Assembly: GCA_964644305.1 (NCBI GenBank)
Contig: CAZXVA010000002.1
Location: forward strand, 4,964-68,963
DNA: 64,000 bases
Direction of reading: 5' to 3'
Source: an uncultured Oscillospiraceae bacterium
GTDB taxonomy: Bacteria > Bacillota > Clostridia > Oscillospirales > Oscillospiraceae
In this document: positions 37,929 through 47,505 of the stretch, piece by piece
How the letters are laid out: each line of letters opens with the position of its first letter
Position numbering within the stretch: position 1 is the first letter of the stretch
The notes under the pieces: generated by a model
Seen by the model: the letters and a program-made list of their open reading frames with translations, nothing else
Told to the model about the DNA's origin: nothing
Database searches by the model: none
Position numbers and translations under genes: made by a program

Positions 37929-39131
37929 TTAGCGGCCGACAAAGGCTTTCAGATCTTTTCGGCCGGAGATGTCGAGCTTTTGGTATATCACGGAGATGTA
38001 TTTTTTGACGGTGTGCACGGACAGGCCGAGGTGCGAGGCGATCTCCATGTTCGTCCAGCCGCGGACAGCCAGCGCGGCGATGATGCGCTCGGTCGTGCCG
38101 AGGGTTTCGGGCGCGTCGTCGGCGCTGAGCGGCACGGCGTGCAGCTTTTTGCGCCCGGCGTTGAACGCGTCCGCCACGGCGATCACGGCGCGGTAATCCT
38201 CCGGATAGCTTTTTTTCAGGCAGGATTCAATCAGACCCTGCAAGGCCGAATGGTGCTCGCCGAGGATGAAAATCAGCCCATCGGGGCGGGCGAGCGCCCA
38301 CGCGGCCATGAAATGCGACTGCGCCTCCGCCGTGCGCTTGAGTTCCATGAGCGTCATGGATATCAGCAGCTCCAGGCAGATGTCCATGATCGTGTAGCGC
38401 CGGGGGGACATGTTCAGCGCGGCCTTGGCCGTGCCCAGCGCCTCCTCATAATCGCCGCGCAGGAAGAGGATGAACGCGCAGATGTAATATCCCCACAGCT
38501 TCAGCCCCTCCGGGAGATGGCGGATGTACTGCTCCGGTTCGGGTGTGCTGGGGTGGTCGATGTGCAGCAGCACCGTGGGCGTCAGCAGGGTGAAAATGAC
38601 CGTGGCGCGCAGCTCGTCGGGCAAATCCGCGTCCTTGACGCGGTCGTAATAGGCGCTTATGCGGCGCACGGAGGCATAGGTTTTTTTCACGTCGCCGCAG
38701 GCGACCGAGGCCAACGCCGTCAGCAGCAGCGCCGAGAGACGCAAGCACACGTCATCCGCGTCGAGAAGCTCGGCGCACAGGCGCACGGCCTCGTCCGCGC
38801 GCGCGGTGTAAAGGCACAGCTCCGCCTCGGCGATGCGGCGGGCGGGGTCGGGCAGGGCGGCAATCGCCGCGCGGCATTTGCCCGCCTCGAACACGCCGCT
38901 CAGCAGCGGCATCGCGCAGCCCATGTCGTAAACGCGGTCGCTCTCCCCTGCCCGCGCGCGGCGATTTTGGCGGTTGTCCGCCGGTTTGTCCGCCGTGCAC
39001 GGAATCATCCAAGCGCGCCCGTGTCGGCGCGCGCCGGGGATGCGCTTTTCGGCGAGAAGCCGCTGCACCTGGCGGGGCGTCACGCCCCAGCGCCGCGCGG
39101 CCTCCGCGACTGAAATATAGTCCGTTTTCAC
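37929..39131 (-). CDS. LuxR/GerE-family transcriptional regulator with an additional N-terminal excisionase/MerR-like HTH and a central helical-repeat region
   Basis: N-terminus MKTDYISVAEAARRWGVTPRQVQRLLAEKRIPGARRHGRAWMIP (HTH_17-like). C-terminus ERIIAALAVRGWTNMEIASHLGLSVHTVKKYISVIYQKLDISGRKDL (LuxR-type HTH). GTG start. Confidence 0.85.
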   Translation of the reverse strand: MKTDYISVAEAARRWGVTPRQVQRLLAEKRIPGARRHGRAWMIPCTADKPADNRQNRRARAGESDRVYDMGCAMPLLSGVFEAGKCRAAIAALPDPARRIAEAELCLYTARADEAVRLCAELLDADDVCLRLSALLLTALASVACGDVKKTYASVRRISAYYDRVKDADLPDELRATVIFTLLTPTVLLHIDHPSTPEPEQYIRHLPEGLKLWGYYICAFILFLRGDYEEALGTAKAALNMSPRRYTIMDICLELLISMTLMELKRTAEAQSHFMAAWALARPDGLIFILGEHHSALQGLIESCLKKSYPEDYRAVIAVADAFNAGRKKLHAVPLSADDAPETLGTTERIIAALAVRGWTNMEIASHLGLSVHTVKKYISVIYQKLDISGRKDLKAFVGR

Positions 39132-39194
39132 TCACTCCATTCCACAAAAAAAGTGAAGCATACCCGTCGCCAAAGCGACGCATCGGATAATGTG

Positions 39195-39223
39195 ATTATA
39201 CAACCTTAACGGCGGCTTGACAA
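39195..39223 (-). promoter_or_regulatory. Near-consensus sigma-A promoter for the regulator gene
   Basis: Minus strand reads TTGTCA (39223-39218), exactly 17 nt, then TATAAT (39200-39195), about 60 nt upstream of the GTG at 39131. Confidence 0.7.
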
Positions 39224-39309
39224 GTGGGGTGTATACATATAATCGAACCCCCTGTGGGGTGCACCGGGGGTGACGGCTTTCCACGCGGGAAAAGCCGGTA
39301 TGCTTGGGA

Positions 39310-39561
39310 TTACTTGACGAAGAGCTTGGTTTTGCAGCTGCCGTCGGCAAAGACAAATTCGATTTCGTATTCGCCTGCGTCCAGCTTCTCCAAAACCTCG
39401 GCGGAGATGATGACCTCGCCGTTTTCGCCCGGCTCGAAGTCAACCTCAACGCCGTCGATGAGCACCTTGATGAGGTTATTCGCATCGGCATTGAGAACGT
39501 AGTTCAGCGCGTCGGTATTTGCGGACTTTGTCCGGGTCTGGTCTTTACCCTCGACGACCAT
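39310..39561 (-). CDS. Small 83-aa protein resembling an isolated Ig-like/X2-type beta-sandwich module; possibly a gene remnant
   Basis: ...LIKVLIDGVEVDFEPGENGEVIISAEVLEKLDAGEYEIEFVFADGSCKTKLFVK resembles C-terminal X2-like modules of clostridial surface proteins, from memory only. There is no SD, and no alternative start upstream in frame before a stop at 39652-39654. Confidence 0.4.
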   Translation of the reverse strand: MVVEGKDQTRTKSANTDALNYVLNADANNLIKVLIDGVEVDFEPGENGEVIISAEVLEKLDAGEYEIEFVFADGSCKTKLFVK

Positions 39562-39640
39562 GTACTTGAATACAGGGGCGTCGTAGGTGGTGGCAATGGT
39601 ATTTGCGGGGTGTGCCTTGTCGGGGCGGGCGTCTTGGTCA

Positions 39641-39775
39641 CATAATATTATTCACATATTATTGTTGACGTATTATATTTCACTTCATCTTGTTGTCATA
39701 TTACTGTTGACATATTTTCTTTTACTTCATTTGGTTTTCATATTATAGTTTACTCAATATTGTTTTCATAAAATA
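39641..39775. repeat. AT-rich block with three imperfect ~40-bp direct repeats (candidate operator or iteron-like control region)
   Basis: R1 39651-39688 TTCACATATTATTGTTGACGTATTATATTTCACTTCAT; R2 39689-39730 ...GTCATATTACTGTTGACATATTTTCTTTTACTTCAT; R3 39731-39769 ...TTCATATTATAGTTTACTCAATATTGTTTTCAT. About 75% AT in a GC-rich genome. Confidence 0.65.
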
Positions 39776-39777
39776 AT

Positions 39778-39810
39778 CCACATAACGTTTTAATCGTAAA
39801 CGTTATGTGG
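39778..39810 (-). terminator. Terminator hairpin downstream of tatD
   Basis: Perfect 12-bp inverted repeat CCACATAACGTT...AACGTTATGTGG with a 9-nt loop. The minus strand is followed by the T-rich ATTATTTTAT. Confidence 0.7.
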
Positions 39811-39880
39811 ACTGGATTTGGTTTTGTTATGTTTTTGTTGGAGTTAATCTGGGTTATCGGGGGGTGTTATCTGTTCTCGT

Positions 39881-40642
39881 TCAGGCGATGTCGAAGAGGG
39901 TTTTGCCGTTTTGGAGGGTTATTTCGGCGACGGCTTCGGGCGAGGTGGCTTTGACCTCGGCGATTTTGGCGCAGATATATTTGAGGTTGGCAGAGCTGTT
40001 TCGGCGGCCGCGCATGGGCACGGGGCTGAGATACGGGCTGTCGGTTTCAATCAAAATGCGGTCGAGGGGGCAGATTTCAAGCACTTCGAGGGCGCGGCGG
40101 GCGTTTTTGTAGGTTATCGGGCCGTCAAAACCGAGATACCAACCGCGTTTGAGCAGCTCCTTGGCCATTTCGGCACTGCCGGAATAGCAGTGAAAGACGC
40201 CGCGAACGCCGTCGACGGCGCAGACGGCCTCAAACGCGTCGGCGTGAGCGTCGCGGTCATGGACGATGACGGGCTTGCCAAGCTCGCGCGCGAGGCGGAG
40301 CTGGGCATCGAACAGGGCGCGCTGCTCGGTTTTATGGGTGTCGTCCCAATAATAATCGAGGCCAATCTCCCCTATCGCGACGCACTTGGGGTGCTGCGCC
40401 AGCTCACGCACGGCGGCGAGGGCGGTCGGCTCGGCATGGGTGAGCTCTTCGGGGTGAATGCCCACGGCGGCATATACAAACGGCCAGCGCTCACTGAGCG
40501 CGATGGCGGCGCGGCTGCTCGGCTCGTCACAGCCGGGATTGATGACCAGCTCCACTCCCTCTCCCGCAAGCGAGGAAAGCAGCGCGTCGCGGTCGGGGTC
40601 AAAGGCGGTGTCGTCATAATGGGCATGAGTGTCAAAATACAT
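39881..40642 (-). CDS. tatD: TatD-family metal-dependent hydrolase/DNase
   Basis: MYFDTHAHYDD... start at ATG 40642 with a GAGGT RBS (the track ORF extends to 40705). Typical TatD motifs HPE..., GEIGLDYYWD and HDRDAH. Confidence 0.9.
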   Translation of the reverse strand: MYFDTHAHYDDTAFDPDRDALLSSLAGEGVELVINPGCDEPSSRAAIALSERWPFVYAAVGIHPEELTHAEPTALAAVRELAQHPKCVAIGEIGLDYYWDDTHKTEQRALFDAQLRLARELGKPVIVHDRDAHADAFEAVCAVDGVRGVFHCYSGSAEMAKELLKRGWYLGFDGPITYKNARRALEVLEICPLDRILIETDSPYLSPVPMRGRRNSSANLKYICAKIAEVKATSPEAVAEITLQNGKTLFDIA

Positions 40643-40848
40643 AGTCGGTTTACCTCGCGATGTGATGAGGCTATTATACCCCATTAGGCAGGGGTTTTTC
40701 AACATTTCTTGAGCTTGGGTTGAGAATACCTTGAGACAACCGGAATATAATAAATCAGTTATAATCTATTATTAACAGAGTGTTTTTTAATTTGAACCGG
40801 GCGCTTGATATAATATAAAAAAAGCATGAGACAAAGGAGAGAGCCGGA

Positions 40849-42363
40849 ATGGGCAAGTTCAAACGGATTGTGAGGAGGGTGCTGGCCGTGCTGCCGGCGG
40901 TGGCGGTGCAGGTGCTGTTGCTGTTTGTGCTGATTGAGTGGTTGAGCCCGTATGCGGCGGTGATAAACTTCGTGCTGTCAATACTGTCGCTGCTGCTGGT
41001 GCTGTACATCATCATAAAGCGCGACGAGCCGGCGTACAAGACGCTGTGGCTGCTGGTGATACTGCCGTTCCCGCTGGCGGGGGCGGTGCTGTATCTGCTG
41101 TTCGGCGACCGGCGCACAGCGCGCCCCCTGGCAAAGCGGCTGAACGCCGCCGCGCCCGTGGTCATGCCCAATGACGGCGAGATACTGTGCCGCATACGCG
41201 CGGAAAAGCCGCGCCTGGCGCAGACCTTTGCATACCTCCGGGGCAAGACCGGCTGCCCGGTGCTGGCAAACAAAAGCGCGAAGTATTATCCCCTCGGCGA
41301 TGACATGTTCCCCGACATGCTCGACGATTTGCGCGCGGCGGAGCGGTACATCTATGTGGAATACTTCATCATTCAGCACGGGAAGTTTTTCGACACGATT
41401 TTGGACATTTTGTGCGAAAAAAGCCGCGAGGGCGTGGATGTGCGCGTGATATACGACGATCTGGGCAGCATTTCGACCTTCTCGCTGTTTGACAGGCAAA
41501 GGCTTGTCGAAAACGGGATACGCTGCATCGCGTTCAACCCCATGCTCGCCATCGGCGGGACGCTGAATTATCGCGACCACAAAAAGATTCTCGCCATTGA
41601 CGGGCGCGTGGCGTACACGGGCGGGGTCAACCTCGCGGACGAATACATCAACGAGGTGGAGCGCTTCGGGCATTGGAAGGACATCGGCTTTCGCATAACG
41701 GGCGAGAGCGCGGCGGGCTTTGCGGACATGTTTTTGCTTTTTTGGAACGCGTTCGGCGAGCGCTCGCCTGAGCCGCTGGCGCTGCCGGAGAGCGTGCCAG
41801 CCCCGGCGGGCGAGCCGGACGGCTACGCGCTGACATACATGGATTCGCCGCTCAGCTATGACGCGCTGAGCAACAATCTGTTCATCGACCTGCTGTCGCT
41901 CGCGGAGGATTACGCGTGGTTTTTCACGCCCTATCTCACGCCCGGCGACGAGCTGCAGGAGGCGTTCATCCGCGCGGCCTCGCGCGGGGTCGACGTGCGG
42001 ATAATCATGCCGGGCATTCCGGACAAGAAGGTGATTTTCCGCATGTCGCGCAGCTATTACCAGACGCTTTTGGAGGCGGGCGTGAAAATCTATGAGTACA
42101 CGCCGGGGTTCGTGCACGCCAAGGCGTGCCTCGTGGACGACATTGTGGGCACGGTGGGCACGGTGAATCTCGACTATCGGAGTCTGTTTTTGCATTTTGA
42201 GAACAACACGCTTTTTTACAAGGCGTCGCTGCTGGGCGATTTGAAAAAGGACTTCATCGACACGCTTTCCGAATGCGCCGAGCAAAAGCCCTACGACAAG
42301 CGCCGCTACATGCGCCGGTGGATAGTCGACGGGATACTGCGGATAATCGCGCCGCTGTGCTGA
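40849..42363 (+). CDS. cls: Cardiolipin synthase (PLD superfamily, two HKD motifs)
   Basis: Two N-terminal TM helices. HKD motifs HKKILAIDGRVAYTGGVNL and HAKACLVDDIVGTVGTVNLDYRS. AAGGAGAG RBS. Confidence 0.92.
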   Translation: MGKFKRIVRRVLAVLPAVAVQVLLLFVLIEWLSPYAAVINFVLSILSLLLVLYIIIKRDEPAYKTLWLLVILPFPLAGAVLYLLFGDRRTARPLAKRLNAAAPVVMPNDGEILCRIRAEKPRLAQTFAYLRGKTGCPVLANKSAKYYPLGDDMFPDMLDDLRAAERYIYVEYFIIQHGKFFDTILDILCEKSREGVDVRVIYDDLGSISTFSLFDRQRLVENGIRCIAFNPMLAIGGTLNYRDHKKILAIDGRVAYTGGVNLADEYINEVERFGHWKDIGFRITGESAAGFADMFLLFWNAFGERSPEPLALPESVPAPAGEPDGYALTYMDSPLSYDALSNNLFIDLLSLAEDYAWFFTPYLTPGDELQEAFIRAASRGVDVRIIMPGIPDKKVIFRMSRSYYQTLLEAGVKIYEYTPGFVHAKACLVDDIVGTVGTVNLDYRSLFLHFENNTLFYKASLLGDLKKDFIDTLSECAEQKPYDKRRYMRRWIVDGILRIIAPLC

Positions 42364-42425
42364 CGGGGGCTTGTATACGCGGGATAATTATGTTGTAATA
42401 AAGCCGCGAAAGGAGCTGAGCACGT

Positions 42426-42708
42426 ATGCCGCACATCATCCCGATACGTGATTCGAAGGACACCGCCGCAATTTCGCAAATTCCACAGCGGCAAGCGCTT
42501 TTTTGCACGGCGTTGCGGATTGCTATGCAAAACTCGCCGAAATGCCGATGATGTATGAACGTTGTCACGACGCGCAGCTGCAAGAGCGCGGATACCGGCG
42601 CTGCGTCATCAAAGACCATGTCATGGTTTACAGAGTTTCAGAAGGTGAGCAGTGCGTATACTACTGCGCTATTACTACGGCGCGCGTGATTACGAAAAGC
42701 TGATATAA
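42426..42708 (+). pseudogene. Decayed Phd/YefM-like antitoxin plus ParE-like toxin remnant
   Basis: ATG 42426 (AAGGAG RBS) gives MPHIIPIRDSKDTAAISQI, an antitoxin-like N-terminus, then nonsense. A second frame (track ORF 42503..42703) gives ...LQERGYRRCVIKDHVMVYRVSEGEQ, and a third frame continues VRILLRYYYGARDYEKLI with a stop at 42706-42708, which is a ParE-like C-terminus. Confidence 0.6.
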
Positions 42709-42717
42709 AAGCAATAA

Positions 42718-42750
42718 GACGACGAATGCGCAAGCTGTTCGTCGTCTTTT
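42718..42750. terminator. Hairpin terminator between convergent units
   Basis: GACGACGAA (42718-42726) pairs with TTCGTCGTC (42738-42746), followed by TTTT. Confidence 0.7.
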
Positions 42751-42759
42751 AACGTGATT

Positions 42760-44178
42760 TTATACTGTGGTGGGTTCTTTTTCGGTGTTGAGCTTTTCTT
42801 TGTTGAGCATGCCGCCGAAGGCGGTGAGGAAGAGGATTTTCAGGTCGAGCCAGGGGGACCAGTTGTCTATGTACCATATATCGTACTCAATGCGCTTTTC
42901 GATGCTGGTATCGCCGCGATAGCCGTTGACCTGCGCCCAGCCGGTTATGCCAGGGCGGACCTGATGCTTGACCATGTAAAGTGGGATGGTCTCGCGAAAG
43001 CGCTCGACGAAATACGGCAGCTCAGGGCGCGGGCCGATGAGGCTCATTGAGCCGGTGAAGACGTTCCAAAGCTGGGGCAGCTCGTCAAGGCTGCATTTGC
43101 GGATGAAGCTGCCGAACTTGGTTTTGCGGGGGTCATCGTCCGTCGTCCAGCCGGTGTTCTGCTCGGCATTGACGCGCATGGAACGGAACTTGAGCATCAT
43201 GAAGGTTTTGCGGTTATAGCCCACGCGCTCTTGCTTGAAAAGGACGGGGCCGGGGCTGGAGAGCTTGACGCCGACGGCAATGACCAAAAGCAGCGGACTG
43301 AGCACGACAAGGCCGAGGCCGCTGGCCACAATGTCGAACACGCGCTTGAGAAACGCAAAGCCGACGTTATCAAGGGCGTTTGTGCGCAGGCGCATGAGCT
43401 TGCTGCGGCCGATGACCTCGATTTTGGGGTGGGCGGAGAGAACGTCATTATAAAACGGAATGACGCTGTAGCGCACGCCGTTTTTCTCGCAGGCGGAGAT
43501 GAGGTCATAAATGCGCTCGGTCTCGTGCGAGTTTATGGCAATGACGACCTCGTCGATGGACTTGGAGTGGAGGAACTCGTCCACCCCGTCAAAATCGCAG
43601 ACGGGGGGCACGTCGAAATACTTGCCGGGCTCACCGGCGTATCCGACGACGTTAAAGCCGACGCGGGGGTTGGCCTTGATATCGTTGCAATACTGCTTGG
43701 CAAGGCGGCCGGAGCCGACGACGAGCACATGCTTGAGGTTGCGGCCACGCGAGCGGAAGTGGTTGGACAGCATACGCATGGCGATATATTTGGCGCAGAG
43801 AATCCCGGTGCTGAGGGCATAAAAGCAGAGAATAACGCCGCGCGAAAAATCCAAAAGACGCAAGGCAAAGAGAATGCCGCTGGCGGCGACGATGGTGACG
43901 GTGCTGGCAAGGACGATGAGCCACACCTTTTGGCGCAGACGGCGGAGGCGGTCGGTATTATAAAAGCCGAGGAGCGCGAGAAGAAGCCACAGACAAAGCG
44001 CGTAAACCACCGCGGCAAGGCGGATGTTGCCCTGTTGCTGCCAAAGGGCAATGTTTTCGGCATTGTGGGCGATGAGGAAAAGATAGAAAAAGGACGCCGC
44101 GATATAGGCCACGATGACGATGACAATGTCGAGGAGCATATTGACGATGTTGAAAAAGACCTGATTTTTCTTAATCAA
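42760..44178 (-). CDS. Undecaprenyl-phosphate hexose-1-phosphate transferase (WbaP/CpsE-like bacterial sugar transferase)
   Basis: Multi-TM N-terminus, central CoA-binding-like domain, and C-terminal hallmark [12 protein letters not shown]...[38 protein letters not shown]...[11 protein letters not shown]. Preferred TTG start at 44178 ([28 protein letters not shown]); the track ORF extends to 44253. Confidence 0.88.
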   Translation of the reverse strand: MIKKNQVFFNIVNMLLDIVIVIVAYIAASFFYLFLIAHNAENIALWQQQGNIRLAAVVYALCLWLLLALLGFYNTDRLRRLRQKVWLIVLASTVTIVAASGILFALRLLDFSRGVILCFYALSTGILCAKYIAMRMLSNHFRSRGRNLKHVLVVGSGRLAKQYCNDIKANPRVGFNVVGYAGEPGKYFDVPPVCDFDGVDEFLHSKSIDEVVIAINSHETERIYDLISACEKNGVRYSVIPFYNDVLSAHPKIEVIGRSKLMRLRTNALDNVGFAFLKRVFDIVASGLGLVVLSPLLLVIAVGVKLSSPGPVLFKQERVGYNRKTFMMLKFRSMRVNAEQNTGWTTDDDPRKTKFGSFIRKCSLDELPQLWNVFTGSMSLIGPRPELPYFVERFRETIPLYMVKHQVRPGITGWAQVNGYRGDTSIEKRIEYDIWYIDNWSPWLDLKILFLTAFGGMLNKEKLNTEKEPTTV

Positions 44179-44290
44179 AACGGCACTTCCTTTTGCGCAT
44201 AACTTCGTTTGGATTATAACACAGTTTTCTGCGTTGCACAAGGTTTTTGACAAACTTTTGCAGGGTTGAGAGCGGAAAAGAGTGTAAATA

Positions 44291-44320
44291 AAAATCGCCG
44301 TCGGTTGACGGCGATTTTTA
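44291..44320 (-). terminator. Intrinsic terminator after rpsU (potentially bidirectional)
   Basis: AAAA-ATCGCCGTC-ggtt-GACGGCGAT-TTTT. Confidence 0.8.
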
Positions 44321-44336
44321 CGTTAATCAGTTTGAA

Positions 44337-44522
44337 TCAGTAGTACCGCTTGTTCTTGTTCTTGCGGGCGGCCTCGGACTTCTTGCGGCGTTTGACGCTG
44401 GGGCTCTGATAGTATTCTTTCTTTCTCAGGTCAGCCAGAACGCCGGACTTTGCACAGCTTCTCTTGAATCTCTTAAGAGCGTTGTCCAAAGACTCGTTTT
44501 CCTTGACGTAAATTTCAGACAT
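44337..44522 (-). CDS. rpsU: 30S ribosomal protein S21
   Basis: [64 protein letters not shown] 44522 follows GGAGGGAGGG. Confidence 0.93.
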   Translation of the reverse strand: MSEIYVKENESLDNALKRFKRSCAKSGVLADLRKKEYYQSPSVKRRKKSEAARKNKNKRYY

Positions 44523-44622
44523 GTATTTCCCTCCCTCCAGACACGCCTTGCGGCGCTTCAAGGGCCAACAATCGGCTGTTTAACAGGTGTATTATACTCA
44601 CTTTCATGCCGCTTGTCAATAA

Positions 44623-47049
44623 TCAGTTTGCGCTCTTGAGTATCAAATTTATCAATTTATTTTTGACGACGATGGTTTTGACGAGCTGCATGCCCTCCAT
44701 TTGGCGCTTCACCTTCTCGTCGGCCATGGCGGCGGCGAGAATATCGTCATCGGAGGCGTCGGAGGGGACGGTGACGGTGGAGCGCAGCTTGCCGTTGACC
44801 TGAACGGCCATTTGGCGCACGGCGTCGACGGTCTTGGCCTCGTCATACTCCGGCCAAGGCATCTGCATGGCCATTTTGCCGTACTTTGCGGCAAAGCCCT
44901 CAAGCTCCCACATCTCTTCGACAATGTGCGGGGCAAACGGGCTGAGGAGCATTAGAAGCTGCTCCAGGTCGCCCTTGGAAAGGCCGTTTGCGTAAAACTC
45001 GTTGACCATGGTCATCATGGCGGCGATGGCGGTGTTCATCTTGAGCCCGTCAATGTCCTCGGTGACCTTTTTGATGGTCTTGTGGACAATGGACTCGTTC
45101 TTGGCGGAGATTTCGGCATCGTCCGTGGCGATGTCCATGAGACCCCAGCAGCGGTCAAGGAAGCGCTTGCAGCCCTTGACGGCCTCGTTCGACCAGATGA
45201 CGGCCTTTTCAAAGTCGCCGATGAACATGATGTACATGCGCATGGTGTCCGCGCCGTATTGGGCGACGATGTCATTGGGGTTGACGACGTTGCCGCGGGA
45301 CTTGGACATCTTGATGCCGCCCTCGCCGAGGATCATGCCGTGGGAGGTGCGCTTGGCGTAGGGCTCGGCGGTGTGGACAACGCCGATATCATAAAGGAAC
45401 TTGTGCCAGAAGCGGGAATAGAGCAGATGCAGGGTGGTGTGCTCCATGCCGCCGTTGTACCAGTCGACAGGCCCCCAATAGTTTTCCGCGTCCTTGCTGA
45501 CAATCTCATTGTCATTGTCGGGGTCCATATAGCGCAGGAAGTACCAGCTCGACCCTGCCCACTGGGGCATGGTGTCGGTTTCGCGCTTGGCCGGGCCGCC
45601 GCAGCAGGGGCAGGTGGTGTTGACCCAGTCGGTCATCTTGGACAGGGGGCTTTCGCCGTCGTCCGTGGGCTCATAGGAGTCGACCTGCGGCAGGACAAGG
45701 GGCAGCTCGCTTTCGTCAACGGGCACCCAGCCGCACTTCGGGCAGCTGACAAGGGGGATGGGCTCGCCCCAATAGCGCTGGCGGGAGAAGACCCAGTCGC
45801 GGAGCTTATAGTTGACCTTTTCGTGGCCGATGCCCTGCTCGGTGAGCCATTTTTTCATGACGGGGATGGCCTCGCGGACGGTGAGCCCGTCGAGGAAGCC
45901 GGAGTTGACCATGATGCCGGTGTCATCCTTGAGAGTGAATGCGCCCTGCTCGATGTCGCCGCCCTTGACGACCTCGACGATGTCACAGCCAAACTTTTTG
46001 GCAAACTCCCAGTCGCGGTCATCGTGCGCGGGGACGGCCATGATGGCGCCCGTGCCGTAGGTGACGAGGACGTAATCGGAGATGAAGATGGGAATCTCTT
46101 TGCCGTTGACGGGGTTGATGGCGCGCACGCCCTCAAGGCGAACGCCGGTTTTCTCCTTGTCGAGCTCGGCGCGCTCAAAGTCGGACTTGTGCGCGGCCTC
46201 GTCAACATAAGCGTTGACGGCGTCGGCATTGGTCAAAAGGCTCTGCCACTTTTTCACCAGCTCGTGCTCCGGCGCGAGAACCATATAGGTCGCGCCGAAA
46301 AGCGTGTCGGGGCGGGTGGTGTAGACGACGATGTCATCACCGGCGGTGGTATTAAACGTAACCTCTGCGCCGGTGGAGCGGCCGATCCAGTTTTTCTGCT
46401 GAATCTTGACGCGCTCGATATAATCCAAATCGTCCAAATCGTCGATGAGGCGCTGGGCGTACTTGGTGATGGCGAGCATCCACTGGCTCTTTTCCTTGCG
46501 CACGACCTCGCTGCCACAGCGCTCGCACACGCCGTTGACGACCTCTTCATTGGCCAGAACGCACTTGCAGCTGGTGCACCAGTTGACGGGCATGGTGGTC
46601 TTGTAAGCAAGACCCTTCTTGAAAAGCTGGAGGAAAATCCACTGAGTCCATTTATAATACTTGGGGTCGGTGGTATCGACGACTCTGTCCCAATCGAAGC
46701 CGAAGCCGAGCATTTTCAGCTGAGAGGTGAAGTTTGCGATGTTGCGCTCGGTGACGACGGCGGGATGGATGTGGTTTTTGATGGCGTAGTTCTCCGTGGG
46801 GAGGCCGAACGCGTCAAAGCCGATGGGGAAAAGGACGTTGTAGCCCTGCATGCGCTTTTTGCGGGCGATGATGTCCATGGCGGTGTAGGGGCGCGGGTGG
46901 CCGACGTGAAGCCCCTGCCCGGAGGGGTACGGGAACTCGACAAGCGCGTAGAACTTGGGCTTGTCGCTGCCGGTTTGGGCGGCGTAGGGCTTGGTTTCTT
47001 CCCAGCGCTGCTGCCATTTTGTTTCAATTGCGGTGAAATCGTATTTCAT
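44623..47049 (-). CDS. leuS: Leucine--tRNA ligase
   Basis: 808 aa with a HIGH-type motif (LHVGHPRPY), KMSKS (KMSKSRGN) and the CP1 editing region. Confidence 0.95.
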   Translation of the reverse strand: MKYDFTAIETKWQQRWEETKPYAAQTGSDKPKFYALVEFPYPSGQGLHVGHPRPYTAMDIIARKKRMQGYNVLFPIGFDAFGLPTENYAIKNHIHPAVVTERNIANFTSQLKMLGFGFDWDRVVDTTDPKYYKWTQWIFLQLFKKGLAYKTTMPVNWCTSCKCVLANEEVVNGVCERCGSEVVRKEKSQWMLAITKYAQRLIDDLDDLDYIERVKIQQKNWIGRSTGAEVTFNTTAGDDIVVYTTRPDTLFGATYMVLAPEHELVKKWQSLLTNADAVNAYVDEAAHKSDFERAELDKEKTGVRLEGVRAINPVNGKEIPIFISDYVLVTYGTGAIMAVPAHDDRDWEFAKKFGCDIVEVVKGGDIEQGAFTLKDDTGIMVNSGFLDGLTVREAIPVMKKWLTEQGIGHEKVNYKLRDWVFSRQRYWGEPIPLVSCPKCGWVPVDESELPLVLPQVDSYEPTDDGESPLSKMTDWVNTTCPCCGGPAKRETDTMPQWAGSSWYFLRYMDPDNDNEIVSKDAENYWGPVDWYNGGMEHTTLHLLYSRFWHKFLYDIGVVHTAEPYAKRTSHGMILGEGGIKMSKSRGNVVNPNDIVAQYGADTMRMYIMFIGDFEKAVIWSNEAVKGCKRFLDRCWGLMDIATDDAEISAKNESIVHKTIKKVTEDIDGLKMNTAIAAMMTMVNEFYANGLSKGDLEQLLMLLSPFAPHIVEEMWELEGFAAKYGKMAMQMPWPEYDEAKTVDAVRQMAVQVNGKLRSTVTVPSDASDDDILAAAMADEKVKRQMEGMQLVKTIVVKNKLINLILKSAN

Positions 47050-47121
47050 GGTGAATCAATCCCTTTTCATATTAAATATAGTGGTGTTTCGGGAAGCCCT
47101 CACGAACCGGGGGGGGAGATA

Positions 47122-47493
47122 TCACTCCTCGGTCTGAGGGCGAGGAAGGGATGAGACAGCCACCTCTTCGGAATCGCTCCAAAGGCGTTCGAGATTATAA
47201 AACTTTCGCGCCTCATCGGTGAAAACATGGACTATGACGCTGCCGAAGTCCATGAGCACCCAAATATCCGAACGAAGACCCTCGCGGCGGATGGGCGGCT
47301 CACCGGCCTCGGAGAGCTGCTTGTCGACCTCGTCGACCAGCGCCTTGATGTGCGTGGAGGACGTGCCGTTGCAGATGACAAAATAATCGGCGATGACCGT
47401 TTGCTCGGCGGTGCGCAAGACCTTGACGTCTCTGGCCTTTTTGTCGTCAAGGGCTTTGGCGGCGATTCCGGCGATTTCGGCGGGAGTAAGCAT
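47122..47493 (-). CDS. rsfS: Ribosome silencing factor RsfS (iojap-like)
   Basis: 123 aa: ...DKKARDVKVLRTAEQTVIADYFVICNGTSSTHIKALVDEV...WVLMDFGSVIVHVFTDEARKFYNLERLW. Confidence 0.92.
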   Translation of the reverse strand: MLTPAEIAGIAAKALDDKKARDVKVLRTAEQTVIADYFVICNGTSSTHIKALVDEVDKQLSEAGEPPIRREGLRSDIWVLMDFGSVIVHVFTDEARKFYNLERLWSDSEEVAVSSLPRPQTEE

Positions 47494-47505
47494 ATTATTT
47501 CTCCT

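Noticed and set aside
36495-39113. Plus-strand ORFs 36495..37790 (431 aa) and 37857..39113 (418 aa).
   Set aside because: They are antisense to the TPR and LuxR-type genes, which have clear domain signatures. Their translations are Arg/Gly/Ala-rich with no motifs.
40978-47154. Long antisense ORFs in housekeeping genes, for example 40978..42285 (-) opposite cls, 43231..44202 (+) opposite the sugar transferase and 45082..47154 (+) opposite leuS.
   Set aside because: The opposite strand carries unambiguous conserved motifs (HKD, sugar-transferase hallmark, HIGH/KMSKS). The shadow ORFs are low-complexity sequences typical of a high-GC genome.
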